Origin: Podarcis gaigeae
Taxonomy: Eukaryota
DNA length: 64,000 bases
Strand: one strand, 5' to 3'
NCBI GenBank assembly: GCA_964106915.2
Contig: OZ066921.1
Shown here: piece after piece, positions 26,601 to 38,600 of the stretch
Numbering within the stretch: position 1 is the first letter of the stretch
How the letters are laid out: each line of letters starts with the position of its first letter
Notes under the pieces: model-generated
What the model was told of the DNA's origin: nothing
Database searches by the model: none
What the model saw: only the letters and a program-made list of their open reading frames with translations
Translations under genes and position numbers: made by a program

Positions 26601-29600
26601 GAGAGAGAGACGGGGCGGGGTGGGGAGAGACGGTAGGGATAATGATTTTCTGTTTCGTAATGTTTGTGCAGGGTGTTTGTGTCAGCATCATGTGCTTCGG
26701 TCCTCTATCAGAGCTTGGCTGATTGCAATGTGGTTTGCTTGTATGCATGAGAATGGGGTCGTTGGGTCAGATTAGTCATATTGATTCATATGTTGTTGGG
26801 TTGGATAGGTCATTATCTTCTTGGCCTCTATATGTGATAAAGGGGAGCCACACTGGGTGAAGGTGTCCTCCTTTGTCCTTCCCCATGCTACTTTAAGTTT
26901 GTTGGTGCTTGGTTCCTGCTTGTGGGTTTCTCCCAAGCATCTGGCTGGCCACTGTGAGAGCAGGAGGCTGGAAGAGATGGTCCACCAACCTGATCCTGCA
27001 GGCTTTCCTTATGCTCTTAAGCCTGCTTCCTTGCAGATCCCCGCAAGCCCCTCTGGGTAGCTTTTAACTTGAGACAGTGTTCCTTCAATCTCTCCCACCC
27101 ACCCCATTTGTTCCTCCAGTCAGTCCATTGCACAGCTTGGAAACTGTCCCTCCACTTGTCATGATGTGCAAATGCTTTGCTTGGGTGTCTCCTTGTGGAG
27201 CCAGATGTTTCCTTGTCCAGAAGACTCATTCGCCCCTCCTTGTTCTTCCCTCATGCCAGCTCTCTCTCTTCTTCGACATCCTGCTCTGCATGGCCCAGGG
27301 AGTCAGCGAAGAGGCCTTTGTGAAGGGTCAGAGACCAGGGATGGGCAGCGGCGACAATGTCCAGGAGGCAGGGTCAGAGAGAAGTGCCCGTTCTGTGCTG
27401 TGGAAAGCTCTCCATGCCGTGCCTCTCACGATGGGTGAGGTTGTGAACTTGCCTCGTCCAATGCCAGCCAGCCTCTCCAGCCTGATGCTTGGTGCTCTCA
27501 AGATGTTTTGAACTTTGACCCATCAGCTGTAGCTAGCACAGCTATACAATGCTGGGGCTGATGCGAGTTGTCAGAAACATCTGGTTGGTGAAATCGGCCT
27601 CCCTTCCACCATTTGGCGATGCTGGTTTTCTGGGGCAGTGCATTGCTTTCTGTCCTAGGGTGTGGGCAAGGGTACCCAGCAGGGAGGCAAGGGGCACACT
27701 GCACACAAAATCCCAATATCTGCCTCCAGGGAAACAAGCTTGCATATCTCTCCATCTCCTCCTCTGCAGTGGCGGGAGGCTGTTTTCCTCTGGCAGGAGG
27801 TAGGAGAGGGGCTGCCATCCTGATCCCTGGGGCAGACAAAACACATTGGCTTGTATAGGCAGCTTAGTTCTACTCAAAGCACACCAGAGTCAGCTGTGTC
27901 TATTGATTTCAGTGGGTCTACTCTGTGCAGGACTTGAGCTGGCTACATAACACATTTCTGGCTTCCCTCTTTTGACCTTCCTTCCTGAGGCCTTTGGAGG
28001 CCTTGTTGGTGTGGGATACCCTCTGAGGTGCCAATTGTGGCCTCTGGCTCCTCCCTCTTCACAGTATACATCCCTGAGGGTTGCTATGACTACATGACCA
28101 TGTCTGCCAGTGACCACATCCGCCACCTCACGCCCCACCCAGGCAATGCCCGCAGCAAGGCCTTCCGCAAAGTGGCACATTCCCATGTGGCTGTGAGTAC
28201 CACCCCTGGTTGGGGGATGCCTCAGAGGCTCTTGAGTGCCTTGTTTTGGTGGGAGGGTTCCTCACGCCACCCCAGCAGCCCTTCTCTGCAGCACAGTTGT
28301 GTGTGTGCTTGGCAGGGTGGGGCAGCAGGTGTGATATGCAACTGGGTGAAGCTGAAGTCTATGTGCATTCTGCTGATGAGACAACTTTCCACAATTAAGA
28401 TTCCAAAATTCTGGTTTTCTTGTAGTTTAGAAGGTGTGGGCACAAACTGAGGACAGAAGGAGCAGCTGTTGCCAAAGGGGAAGGGGCAAAGAGCTGCTAT
28501 GGGGCTCATATGGGGCAGTTCCTTCTGCTAAGCTCTGCTCTGGGTCCTTGCATTTGACCTGATGCTGCCCCACTTGATTGTATGTTTTGCTCCCCACCCA
28601 TAAGGACTAGCAGCTTATGTAGGCAGAGTCTACCAAGACTGCCTGGACTTCCCTGCCTCACCATGACCCCTCTTTCTCTTTCTTCCCATGCAGGAGCCTC
28701 AGCTGCTGGCTGAGGGCTGCTCTGTCACCAACAGCCTCTTGGAAGGAGCAGTGAAAGTGGGGCCTGGGAGCGTCATCCAGCACTGCCGCTTGAAGGTGGG
28801 CCATGCTGGGGATGGGAGTAAGAAGTTTGGCAACTGCCCTTGTTCTCTGCTGAGCGCCAGAAGTTCTCTCTCTGGCGACACAGGGTCATCTTTGGTGGAT
28901 TTGGAACAGGAACCAATCCCAGAGCTGGTATTTAGGCCAAGCCTTGAGGTTTGGCAGCATCAGGCCCAGGGCAGGAGATGATATGAGGAGGACAAGGACC
29001 CAAGGTTCAGTGTGGTGCAGGGGTTAAGAGGGTTGAACTAGGACCTGGGAGACCGGGGTTTGAATCTCCCACTCAGCCCTGAAGCTAACTGGGTGACCTT
29101 GGCCCAGTTAGGGCCTCTCAACCAGACCTACCTGACTGGGCTGCTCTGAGGATAAACTGAAGGGGTGGAGAACCACATCCGTCACCTTGAGCTCCTTGGA
29201 GGGAAGGAGGGGGCAGAAATGCTGTAAACAGGCTGCAGGGAGCCAGAGCTGTTGGTGTTTTGCCTATCCTCGTTTGCTTTGAGAGTTCTACTCTCCCCAG
29301 CCAGCTAGTTGCCTGACATGCAGGCAGACAGGATGACAACTGCAGCAACCTTGAGCCAGGATCTCAGGCCTGCTTTCTCCGGGTGGGCTTTGCCCCGGGG
29401 CAGTGGGCAATCAGTCTCCCCTCTCTCCCAGCTGTCCTGCCAACTCAGAGACCCAAAGAACAAGCCCCATGTGGACTCTCTGCAGTGGCAGGAGAGCTGA
29501 GTGTGTGTTACAAATGCCCAAGTCCCCTTGGTCTTTTTCTCCAGGGTCCTTTGGAGATCCACACTGGCTGCCTCCTCACTGGGCTGGACGTGGCATCCTC

Positions 29601-32600
29601 CATGGCCCTCAGGAGCTACCTGCTTCGGGACGTGGTTGTCCAGGGACACACTGTCAGGCTGAGAGGGATCCCTTGCAAGGTCTTCACCCTGAGTGGGCAT
29701 CATGATGACTGGCAGGTGTGTAACAGGAGTCTGCTTGGCTTGGTGGGAAGGAGCCCGTACAGGTTGGAGGCATCTTGCAAGTCTCTGGGGAATCCCACTC
29801 CCCACAGCAACTCTGCTGCTTCCTTCAGAGAGCTGGGGGCGGCAGTTTGTCTTGAGGCAGGTGACCTCCAGAACCCCAGAACTATCTGCCCCATTCCACC
29901 CCGCCTCTGTTCTCTTGGTTATTCCTTCTTCTCTGAGACACTCACACCTGCCTTCTTCTCTCTTTAGAGTATGGCAGAAGAAGGTGGCACCTACCTGAAC
30001 AGGCCCTGGAGTGAGTTTTTCCTCCGCACTGGAATACGGTACGTGTGCAGGTCCCAGCCCATTCTCTTAAGGGCCCCACACATCAGCCACCCCACCCCCA
30101 CCCTGTGCTGTGGAGCTGCTGCTCTGCCTCCATTTATTTTATTTATGTACTGCTTATCTACATTTTTGGGACGCAGGTGGCACTGTGGGTAAAAGCCTCA
30201 GCGTCTAGGGCTTGCCGATCGAAAGGTCGGCGGTTCGAATCCCTGCGGCGGGGTGCGCTCCCGTCGTTCGGTCCCAGCGCCTGCCAACCTAGCAGTTCGA
30301 AAGCACCTCCGGGTGCAAGTAGATAAATAGGGACCGCTTACTAGCGGGAAGGTAAACGGCATTTCCGTGTGCGGCTCTGGCTCTGGCCAGAGCAGCGATG
30401 TCACGCTGGCCACGTGACCTGGAAGTGTCTCCGGGCAGCGCTGGCCCCTGGCCTCTTGAGTGAGATGGGTGCACCAACCCCAGAGTCTGGCAAGACTGGC
30501 CCGTACGGGCAGGGGTACCTTTACCTTTACTATCTACATTTGCCCCTGAACAGTGTATGAAAAGTATAACACAAACCACTGTGCCGCTTGGACTTGCCGT
30601 TCGAAAGGTCGGCAGTTAGAATCCCAGCAATGGGGTGAGCTCCCGTTGTTCAGTCCCGGCTCCTGCCAACCTAGCAGTTCGAAAGCACACAGTGCAAGTA
30701 GATAAATAGGTACTGCTCCGGCGGGAAGGGTAAACAGTGTTTTCATGCACTGCTGTGGTTCTGCCAGAAGCAGCTTAGTCATGCTGGCCACATGACCCGA
30801 AAAATTTGTCTGTGGAAGTGGGAAAACGCCGGCTCCTGTGGCCTTTAAAGCGAGATGAGCGCTGCAACCCCAGAGTCGGTAGTGACTGGACTTAATTGTC
30901 AGGGGTCCCTTTACCTTTACCGGTATAAATTAAAAATGCCTCCTTAGACATGAGCTCTAGGTGCTGGGGCTCATCATTAACTAATTAAGACAAGATTTCA
31001 ATTTGTGCAACGGATACTCATTCAAGAGACACTTTCAGGGTGTATTTCATATTCAATGTACAATCTGTGTTGCAAGTTTGGATTTTTGATCCTTACAGTC
31101 CCGTTAAAAATGAGGGACAAAGCAGCCTTTTTGTTCATCATTTGAAGTGGGGGACTTTACTGGTTTGTGGCCTTGTAGCGGGGAGAGCTGGCTGGGGGCT
31201 GCCACCTTCCTTCCTTGTGGGGTTGAGGCTGCTTTTCCATGCTTGGCTGGGTGGTAGTGACTGATGTGCCGCCATCCCTGCCCTGCCCAGGAGTCACGAC
31301 CTTTGGAGCCCAGACAGCCCTTCCAGGCGCTGCTGCCTGCTGAATGCCCGCCTGTTCCCTGTGCTGCATGCCTCCGAGCCCCTGGGAGTTGGGGACGTCC
31401 TCTGGCTCTTGGGCTCCCCTCTTTCTCCTCCAGGGGCTGAGCAGCTGCAGCGCTGGCGGACTTCCTGGCGCATGTCCTGGGAGGAGCTGAAGGGGAGCCT
31501 GGACCAGGAGGCGGAGCTGGCTGCCCGCAGGGCCACCTTCTTCTTGCAGGCCCAGAGCAAGACCAAGAAGGTCCTGATGGAGCACAGCAACTGCAGCCTC
31601 CTACCGCTGATCCGCTCCGCAGCCCTGGAGGGCTACCACAAGGCCATGCTGGAGACACTGGACGAGGGTGAGACATACTGGCAGGGTGTGTGTGTGTGTG
31701 TGTGTTTGTGTGTCTGGGGCAGCATTTTGCCCCTTTTTGCAGGATGCCTATATATGAGAGTGGAAGGAAAGAAGGAAGTGGGGGGCTCCTACCCAATGCC
31801 TGCCAACAGCTGGGTGAGAATTCCACCTTGGTTCCTTCTGGCTGCAGCTGGATTGCCTATTCCCCAGTCTGGGGAAGCGGGCAGCTCTGCTTTAGCTATT
31901 CCCAGAGTTCCCTGGGAATCTGGCAGCTCCACCCACCAGCGCCTCAGTGAGCAGCTCTGCCATTGCCCAGCCTGGCTGGTTTCAAAGATGGCGGACTGGC
32001 CTTGCCCATGTGGGCGAAGCTCTTCCTAGAAGGCTTCTTTCCCCTCCACTCTTCTTGGCTCCAGGGACACTTGCATTGTGAATCCATGCAGGCTTTGTGG
32101 AGACGTTTCCTCCCAGCCCTCCCATGGACCACTGGCTCTGGGGAGTTCTTGCAGACCATTTTGACACCCATTAAAACCTCCCAGTGTTCCCAGGTGTAGC
32201 CATTCCCAGGACCAGCCCAGTTTCAAGCCAAGGAGCCACTTTTCAGGCTCTGAGGCCACTTCTTGTTTGCCTCCTAGTTGCCTCCATGGCCAGAGATCCT
32301 GGCGTTGCTGCTCGATCCCTGGCTTGCATTGCTGACCTCCTGGGCTGCCTGGCCAAAGGGGAAGGGGGCTTACGGAGCGGCCCGGCAGCCAACACAGCTT
32401 GGGCCCAGGCCTTCCAGCACCTGGAGAAGGGGGACATCCCTGAGGGTGTCAAGGAGCTGGCCAAGGAGAGGAAGAAGTGGCTGGACAGGTACTGCAAGTG
32501 TGTGTTTGTGCGTGTGTAGTGATAAAGCTGTATTCCCACTGGCCCCACCTGTCCATCTGCCTGGCAAAGGCAAGTTCTCTGTGCAAAGCTCAGTCTGCAC

Positions 32601-35600
32601 ATGACCAGGAACACTTTGCCATCACTGCTCAAGGCCATGCTGTTTCCTCCACTCACCGGGAGCATGGAGGGAAGGAACATGCTCAATGTGCCCCCCTTTC
32701 AGCTGCTCCAGGTGGGCTGGCTCCAGGGGAAGGGCAGGTGTGCAGTGGCAAAGCACCTGAGCCAAGCTCAAATCCTGGCATCAAGTGATGGGAGGCCTTT
32801 TTCCACCTGGCCTGGTTGGGCGGGTCCCTGACTGACTCCAGCTACAAAAGCTGAGGCTCTTGAAGGGGCTCTTGGACTGGGATGTTGTTGGGGGGGGGCG
32901 GCGGGGACAGTTGTTACTGTTGTTGATAATAATTTTATGTATATTTATTTTTATATCTCGTTACGATTTAATGTGGGAATTGTTAAATTGGTTCTGCAGC
33001 TTCTGATGTGTTCTATTTACTGTTTATGGCTGTTTTCGTTATATTTCTAATTAAGTATGTTTTTCATGTTGTAAGCTGCTTTGAGCATGGTTTTAACTAT
33101 GGAAAGGGAGCATACAAATAAAACGTTGCTTGTATGGGACCCTCCTCCGCCAAGGTGCTGGAGAGCCGCTGCCAGTCAGAGACTGGGCTACATAGACCAA
33201 GGGTTCAGTTCTGCTTCTGATGTCCATGGGGTATTGCAGAACAGATGCCTGGGCCCATGGGGGCCTTTGGAGTTGTGTAAGGGACAGAGGCTCACAAGTG
33301 GCCCTCCAGAGCAAGCCTGTGATGGCAGACAGAGGACGGGAGACGAATCTGGGGGCCTGCATGAAAGAGCTGCCTCTGTGCTGGAATGCCTCTGAGTGGA
33401 ACTCACCCCACTGGGAAAATGGGAAGGAGAGTTTCCCTCAGGATGGCTTCTGTGTGGGCAAACACAACTGAGCCGGAAAAGCACTTGGCCAATCAAGCAG
33501 CCTTTGCCAGCCTAGGACTACAACTCTCATCAGTCCTTGCATAATCTATGACCATGCTGACTCACAGCATCTCATGCGGATTTAAGTATTGGACCACTGC
33601 AGGGCACCCAGTTGGAGAAGGTTGTTGGCAGAAGTAGCCCAAGCAACCAGAGACTCCCTTTGCTCCTTCCTTGCAGGCCTGTCCTCCTTGTCCGCGCTGC
33701 TCGACACTATGAGGGTGCTGAGCAGATCCTTGTCCGCCAGGCTGTGATGTCCTCCTGCCAGTTCATCAGCCTCAGGCTGGCCACGCTGCCTCCCATGGGC
33801 CGCTGGCTGAGAGTGGCCTGCCCAGCCAGAATAGACCTCTCTGGTAAGTGGCTGCCGGGCCTGGGCTTCTCAAGTTGCCCTTTCTGGAGCCAGGTAGCTG
33901 CTTGCCTCTTTTGACCCCAGGTGCCTTGTGCCCAGAGGGCCAAGCTGGCAAGCCTGGTGAGGCTTGGCAGGGGCCCTTGTCCTTCTGCTCCGCAGAACAC
34001 GACTCAGTGTGGCCTTGAATGGAGGGAGGGAGCTTGTGCAGGACAGTACAGATGAGATTTGATAGGGTAGGGGCTGTGAGTGATGTTTGGCTCCTGCCTT
34101 GAGTGCCGGGGAATCCATCCCCTGCAAGGCAGAAGCAAGCCCTGGGCTCACTGAGGAGCAGAAGCATGATGTGCAGGGTCTCGTGCAAGGGCACAGAGGA
34201 TGAGTTGGGTGCAAGCAGCACCCAGCATCCTTTGCAGCATTGCAAGGTCTCCTGGGGAGAGTCCCACTCTTTGGTTATGGGCTTGGGTGGGTGGTTGGGC
34301 AGGAGGCTGTGCGGTTTCTTATGTGACCCCCTTTGGGCTAATTTTTGCAGGTGGCTGGAGCGACACCCCTCCCATCACGTATGAACACGGAGGCGCAGTG
34401 GTGGACCTGGCCGTCCTGGTGGATGGGCACAGGCCCATTGGTGCACAGGCCCGGCGCATTGCTGAGCCAGAGCTGCGGCTCGTTAGCCGCAGTGGGAGGC
34501 TGGAGGGAGAGATGGTGGTGGAGCTGGTCTGCAGAGACCTGGAAGACTTGCGGGATTACTGCCAGCCTCACGCACCCGGTAAGAGCCCCTTTTCCTGGAG
34601 CGGAAAGGGAGCAACTGTACCAAGGCAGCTTCCTTGCTTGCTGGGAGGAGACCCTGTGAGAGACTTATCAGGTGGCAGTAGGGAGCCCTGTACTGGCTGG
34701 GCTGTAGCTCAGTGGTAGAATAGCTGCTTTGCATACAGAAGGTTCCTGGTTCAATCCCCGGCAGCATCTCTAGGTTGGACTGCCTGAAATCCTGGAGAAC
34801 TGCCGCCTGTCAGTGTAGACAATACTGAGCTAAATGGACCCAAGGTTTGACTTGTTATAAGGCAGCTTCCTATGATTCTAGGCAGAGTTGCATCTGCTAT
34901 AAAATGTGCCTTTTGTTTTCACATGTCTTTCGGAGGCCTGAGAGTAGCCAGCCTCTTGCTCCTCTTTTAATGGGCCTTCTTCTTCTTAGGAGCTTTGTTG
35001 AAAGCAGCCTTGATTTGCACCCACATTGTGGACCTTGCTTCTCAGAGTTCCTTGCGGGTCCAACTGATGGAACACTTTGGAGGCGGCTTTGAACTCCGCA
35101 CCTGGTCACGTCTTCCTCACGGATCAGGACTGGGTATGCCTCCAACCTCTCTACGTGCATGTCTGGCATTTTATTACATATCATGTTATGTTACTTTACA
35201 GCTAGCTACGTGTGTGTTGTGGTTTTTATATACTTCTGCAGACCTTGTGCTCCTTCCCTTGAGTTTTCCAATACCTCCCTCTTGTTTGCCACTGTTGCTC
35301 TTTCTGCTGCAGAAGAACAGAAATAGAATATGAGATGTTAGGTGCATGGAACCTCCAGTTTCCAGGCACTCTACCATTGACTAGTTCCAGCTACCAGGGA
35401 GCAACAGTTGGAGATGGCTGTTGTAGGGCTTCTCAGAGGCATCTACATAGCCAGAGAGGCCTTTGGTCTGACCTAGTCTGGCCCTTCTCATGACAAGGTT
35501 CTGGTCTGGTGCTGTGGAATGCAAAGGGTGGCATAGGGCTCCAGTGACAAAGAAAAAAACTGGTAGGCCTCCACACCCCGCCCCCCCGCCCCGGCTATCC

Positions 35601-38600
35601 ATGTTGTGCTCACTTGCTCTGTCCTATAGGCACCAGCAGCATCCTGGCAGGGGCTGTGATGGCTTCTTTATACCAGGCATCTGGGCACTCCACCAGCGTT
35701 GAGTCCCTCATCCATGCCGTGCTGCATTTGGAGCAGGTTCTCACCACAGGTAAGACCTTTTATTTGTTCTGCTGCACATGCCAAAGAAACAAAAAATCCA
35801 CAGAAAGGGAGATGTCTAACTCAGTGCCATCTCGTCCTCCTTTTCTTGAAGTTAGCCTCAAATATAGCATTAGCAGGGCCTTGAAGGCATTTCTTCATCT
35901 GCCTTGGTAGCTCAGTCGGTACAGCATGACAGTCTTAATCTCAGGGCTGTGTATTCAAGCCCCATGTTGGGCAAAAGATTCCTGCATTGCAGGGGGTTGA
36001 ACGAGATTACCCTTGTGGTCCCTTCCAGATCTACAATTCTGTGATCAAGACTTGGCTGAAATCTCTCCAGTTCATTTGACTGCTGTGATTTCAAACGTGC
36101 TGTTGACTGTTTTCTTCCAGAAAATATTTTGGGGTGTTTCTGTTGCTTGCACAAAACTGCTCCCGCTTCTCCACAGTCCTTGCCACGTCTGATTCCCATG
36201 TCTGTATGTTTCATTGGATGAATGTTTTTATTTCTTCTATGCTGCTCCTTTTAAAATGTCATATCCTGCCCTTCTGCTAAGCAGCTAAGTCAGTGACCTC
36301 CTCCTTGCTTTGCAGACTTTTGCCCTCCACTTGAGTAACACATAAACAGGTCTTACGCCAGTCTGGATTCTGGTGCCTTCCAAGCAACTGGGCCAGTCCA
36401 GTAGCTTCTGCCCTTTGGTTGTGTTTTTGACTTCGCCCTGAAGGAATGTGCATAATAAAAGGCAGAGCCCCCACCAACAGCCCTGACCCAGACTTGTTAG
36501 GAAGACAGGAGAACTAGCCTCGCGATGAAAGGATTCTTGTGCAAAGAAAGAGTTTTTCAGAGGCAGCTTTTCAGAGTTGTGATCTGGGCCTGTGCCCGGG
36601 GGTGGAGAGGAGCCAAAAGTGATTAGAAGCGAACAGGGTTCTAGGTCAAAGAGGAAAAGGCAGTGGGTGGGATGCATGAGAGTGAGAGTGAAGGCAGAGC
36701 AGCCCTTTCAGGCCAAAGGGAAGGGCTGGGTTGATGGCAGGGGGATCCTCATTTGCATCTCTTAGATATTTTGAGAGTAAATGTAGATAGAGAACCCCGC
36801 AGAAGCAATGGGATGCATAGGAGGGTCTTTACCATTTCTGAGTGTCGTTTTCTTTTGATAATTACATTCAGGGCTGCTTTGCCACTGGGGCAGAGCATTC
36901 ACATGCAGATAAACTGATGTGGGTGTATCTATATTGGCTGAAGCAAGGATCTATTTTTGGTATTCTGCTTCTCACACCTACTTCCTAATATTGTTGAGGA
37001 TGAGACATCATGGAAATGTGCTCAATCTGACGGGGAAAATCACTTTTGATTAAGCCCTCTCCATGGCACGGTTCCTACTCAAAGGGTGCCCAGGATAGCT
37101 TACAACATAGAACAGGATAAAACCATCAGCAAAATACAATAATTAAATGGTCATTATCATTCTGCAGACGTGGACAAATAAAAGGACTTCAAGTGATGTT
37201 AATAATGTGAATTCTACCGCATGCTTTATCATGTCTGATTATACATTTTTAAACTATAAAATATTTGACTATATAATATTTGAAACCAAATTAAACCAAA
37301 ACAAGGTCCTTCTGTCCTTTCCTACGTCAGCTTCAGAAAGGAAGAGGGCTCCCAACTATAGATAAGTCTTCTCTCCATTGGACCCCTCCTGCCTCCCACA
37401 AGGGATTCACCTGGCAACTGGTAAACAAGCAGGATCTCTTCCTCAACACTTGTTCTTGTTCCTTGCAGGTGGAGGGTGGCAGGACCAAGTGGGTGGGCTG
37501 GTGCCAGGCCTCAAGATCGGGCGTTCAAAGCCTCAGCTGCCACTAAAGGTAGAAGTGGAGCAAATCACCGTCCCAGAGGGCTTCATACACACCCTGAATG
37601 AGCACCTGCTCCTGCTGTACACGGGCAAGACCCGCCTGGCCCGAAACCTGCTCCAGGTACGGAAGGTGCTTGGAGGTGCCAGTTGTGGCCTGAGGTCCAC
37701 AGCTCTGACGTACCTTAGAGCAGAGAGTTCTACCTGTCCTACAACAGGCGTACTTTTCTCCCTGTGCTGTTGGCATGATGCATTTCATCCTTCAGTTTTG
37801 GTCTACACAGGTAGGATGACTCACCTGGTAGGGTTGCATGTATTCTTATTAACACTTTTCTTATTGTTTTATTACCCTCCCTAAGGTAATAAACCTAAGG
37901 TCCTAGAGTCACGTAAAATGCAATTTATTTTATTATTTATTTCAATTATATCCCACCTTTTCCTCCAAGGAGCTCGAGGTGGCCAACATGGTTCTCTCCC
38001 TTCTCAATTTAATCTCCATTAACAACCCTATGACGTAGGTTAGACTGAGAGGCACTGACTGGCCCCCAAGGTCACTCCGTGAGTCTCATGCTCATGTGGG
38101 GATTTGAACCCTGGTCTCCCAGGTTCTAGTCCAGCGTTCTAACCAATGGCTCTCAATTTAAAACACCAGGATGGCTCTCAATTAAAACACAATGTTAAAA
38201 AGAGTATTTTTACACTGGCACTTTCCCCAAGGTGCAGGAAGGTGGTTGTAGAGGAGGAATTTGCTAAGCCTTTCTCCCTCTAAGCACTCTTGAGCACCAG
38301 AAATGGAGACAACTTTTAATTGCTTCCTTTTCTTTCAGGATGTTCTAAGGAACTGGTATGCCCGGCTACCCACCATTGTGCAGAATGCCAGCGCACTGGT
38401 GAACAACGCAGAGGAGTGTGCCCAGGCCCTTCAGCAAGGTACTGCAGTTTGTTCCTTGGGCATCTTGTACAGCTCATTACCCAGGGCAGAGGCTACAGTG
38501 TCTCTGCTCAAAACATCTTGTGCAAAAACCACCTCCTATGCTGAACAGGCTCTCATTTTGCAGGAGCTACTAGGATAGTTGTGTGTGCGTGCGTGTGCAT

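Noticed and set aside
26146-26830. Compositionally odd segment with (TTA)n edge in FCSK intron 8
   Set aside because: Probably an L1/Tx1-like 3' fragment on minus, but not identifiable by eye; TGGCGCC is too short to call a primer-binding site.
34698-34765. tRNA-Ala/Cys-like sequence as a real tRNA gene
   Set aside because: Broken stems, followed by a SINE body seen in other copies.
35901-35973. tRNA-Lys(CTT)-like sequence as a real tRNA gene
   Set aside because: Stems and B box are mutated and it runs directly into a CR1-type tail, so it is a SINE head.
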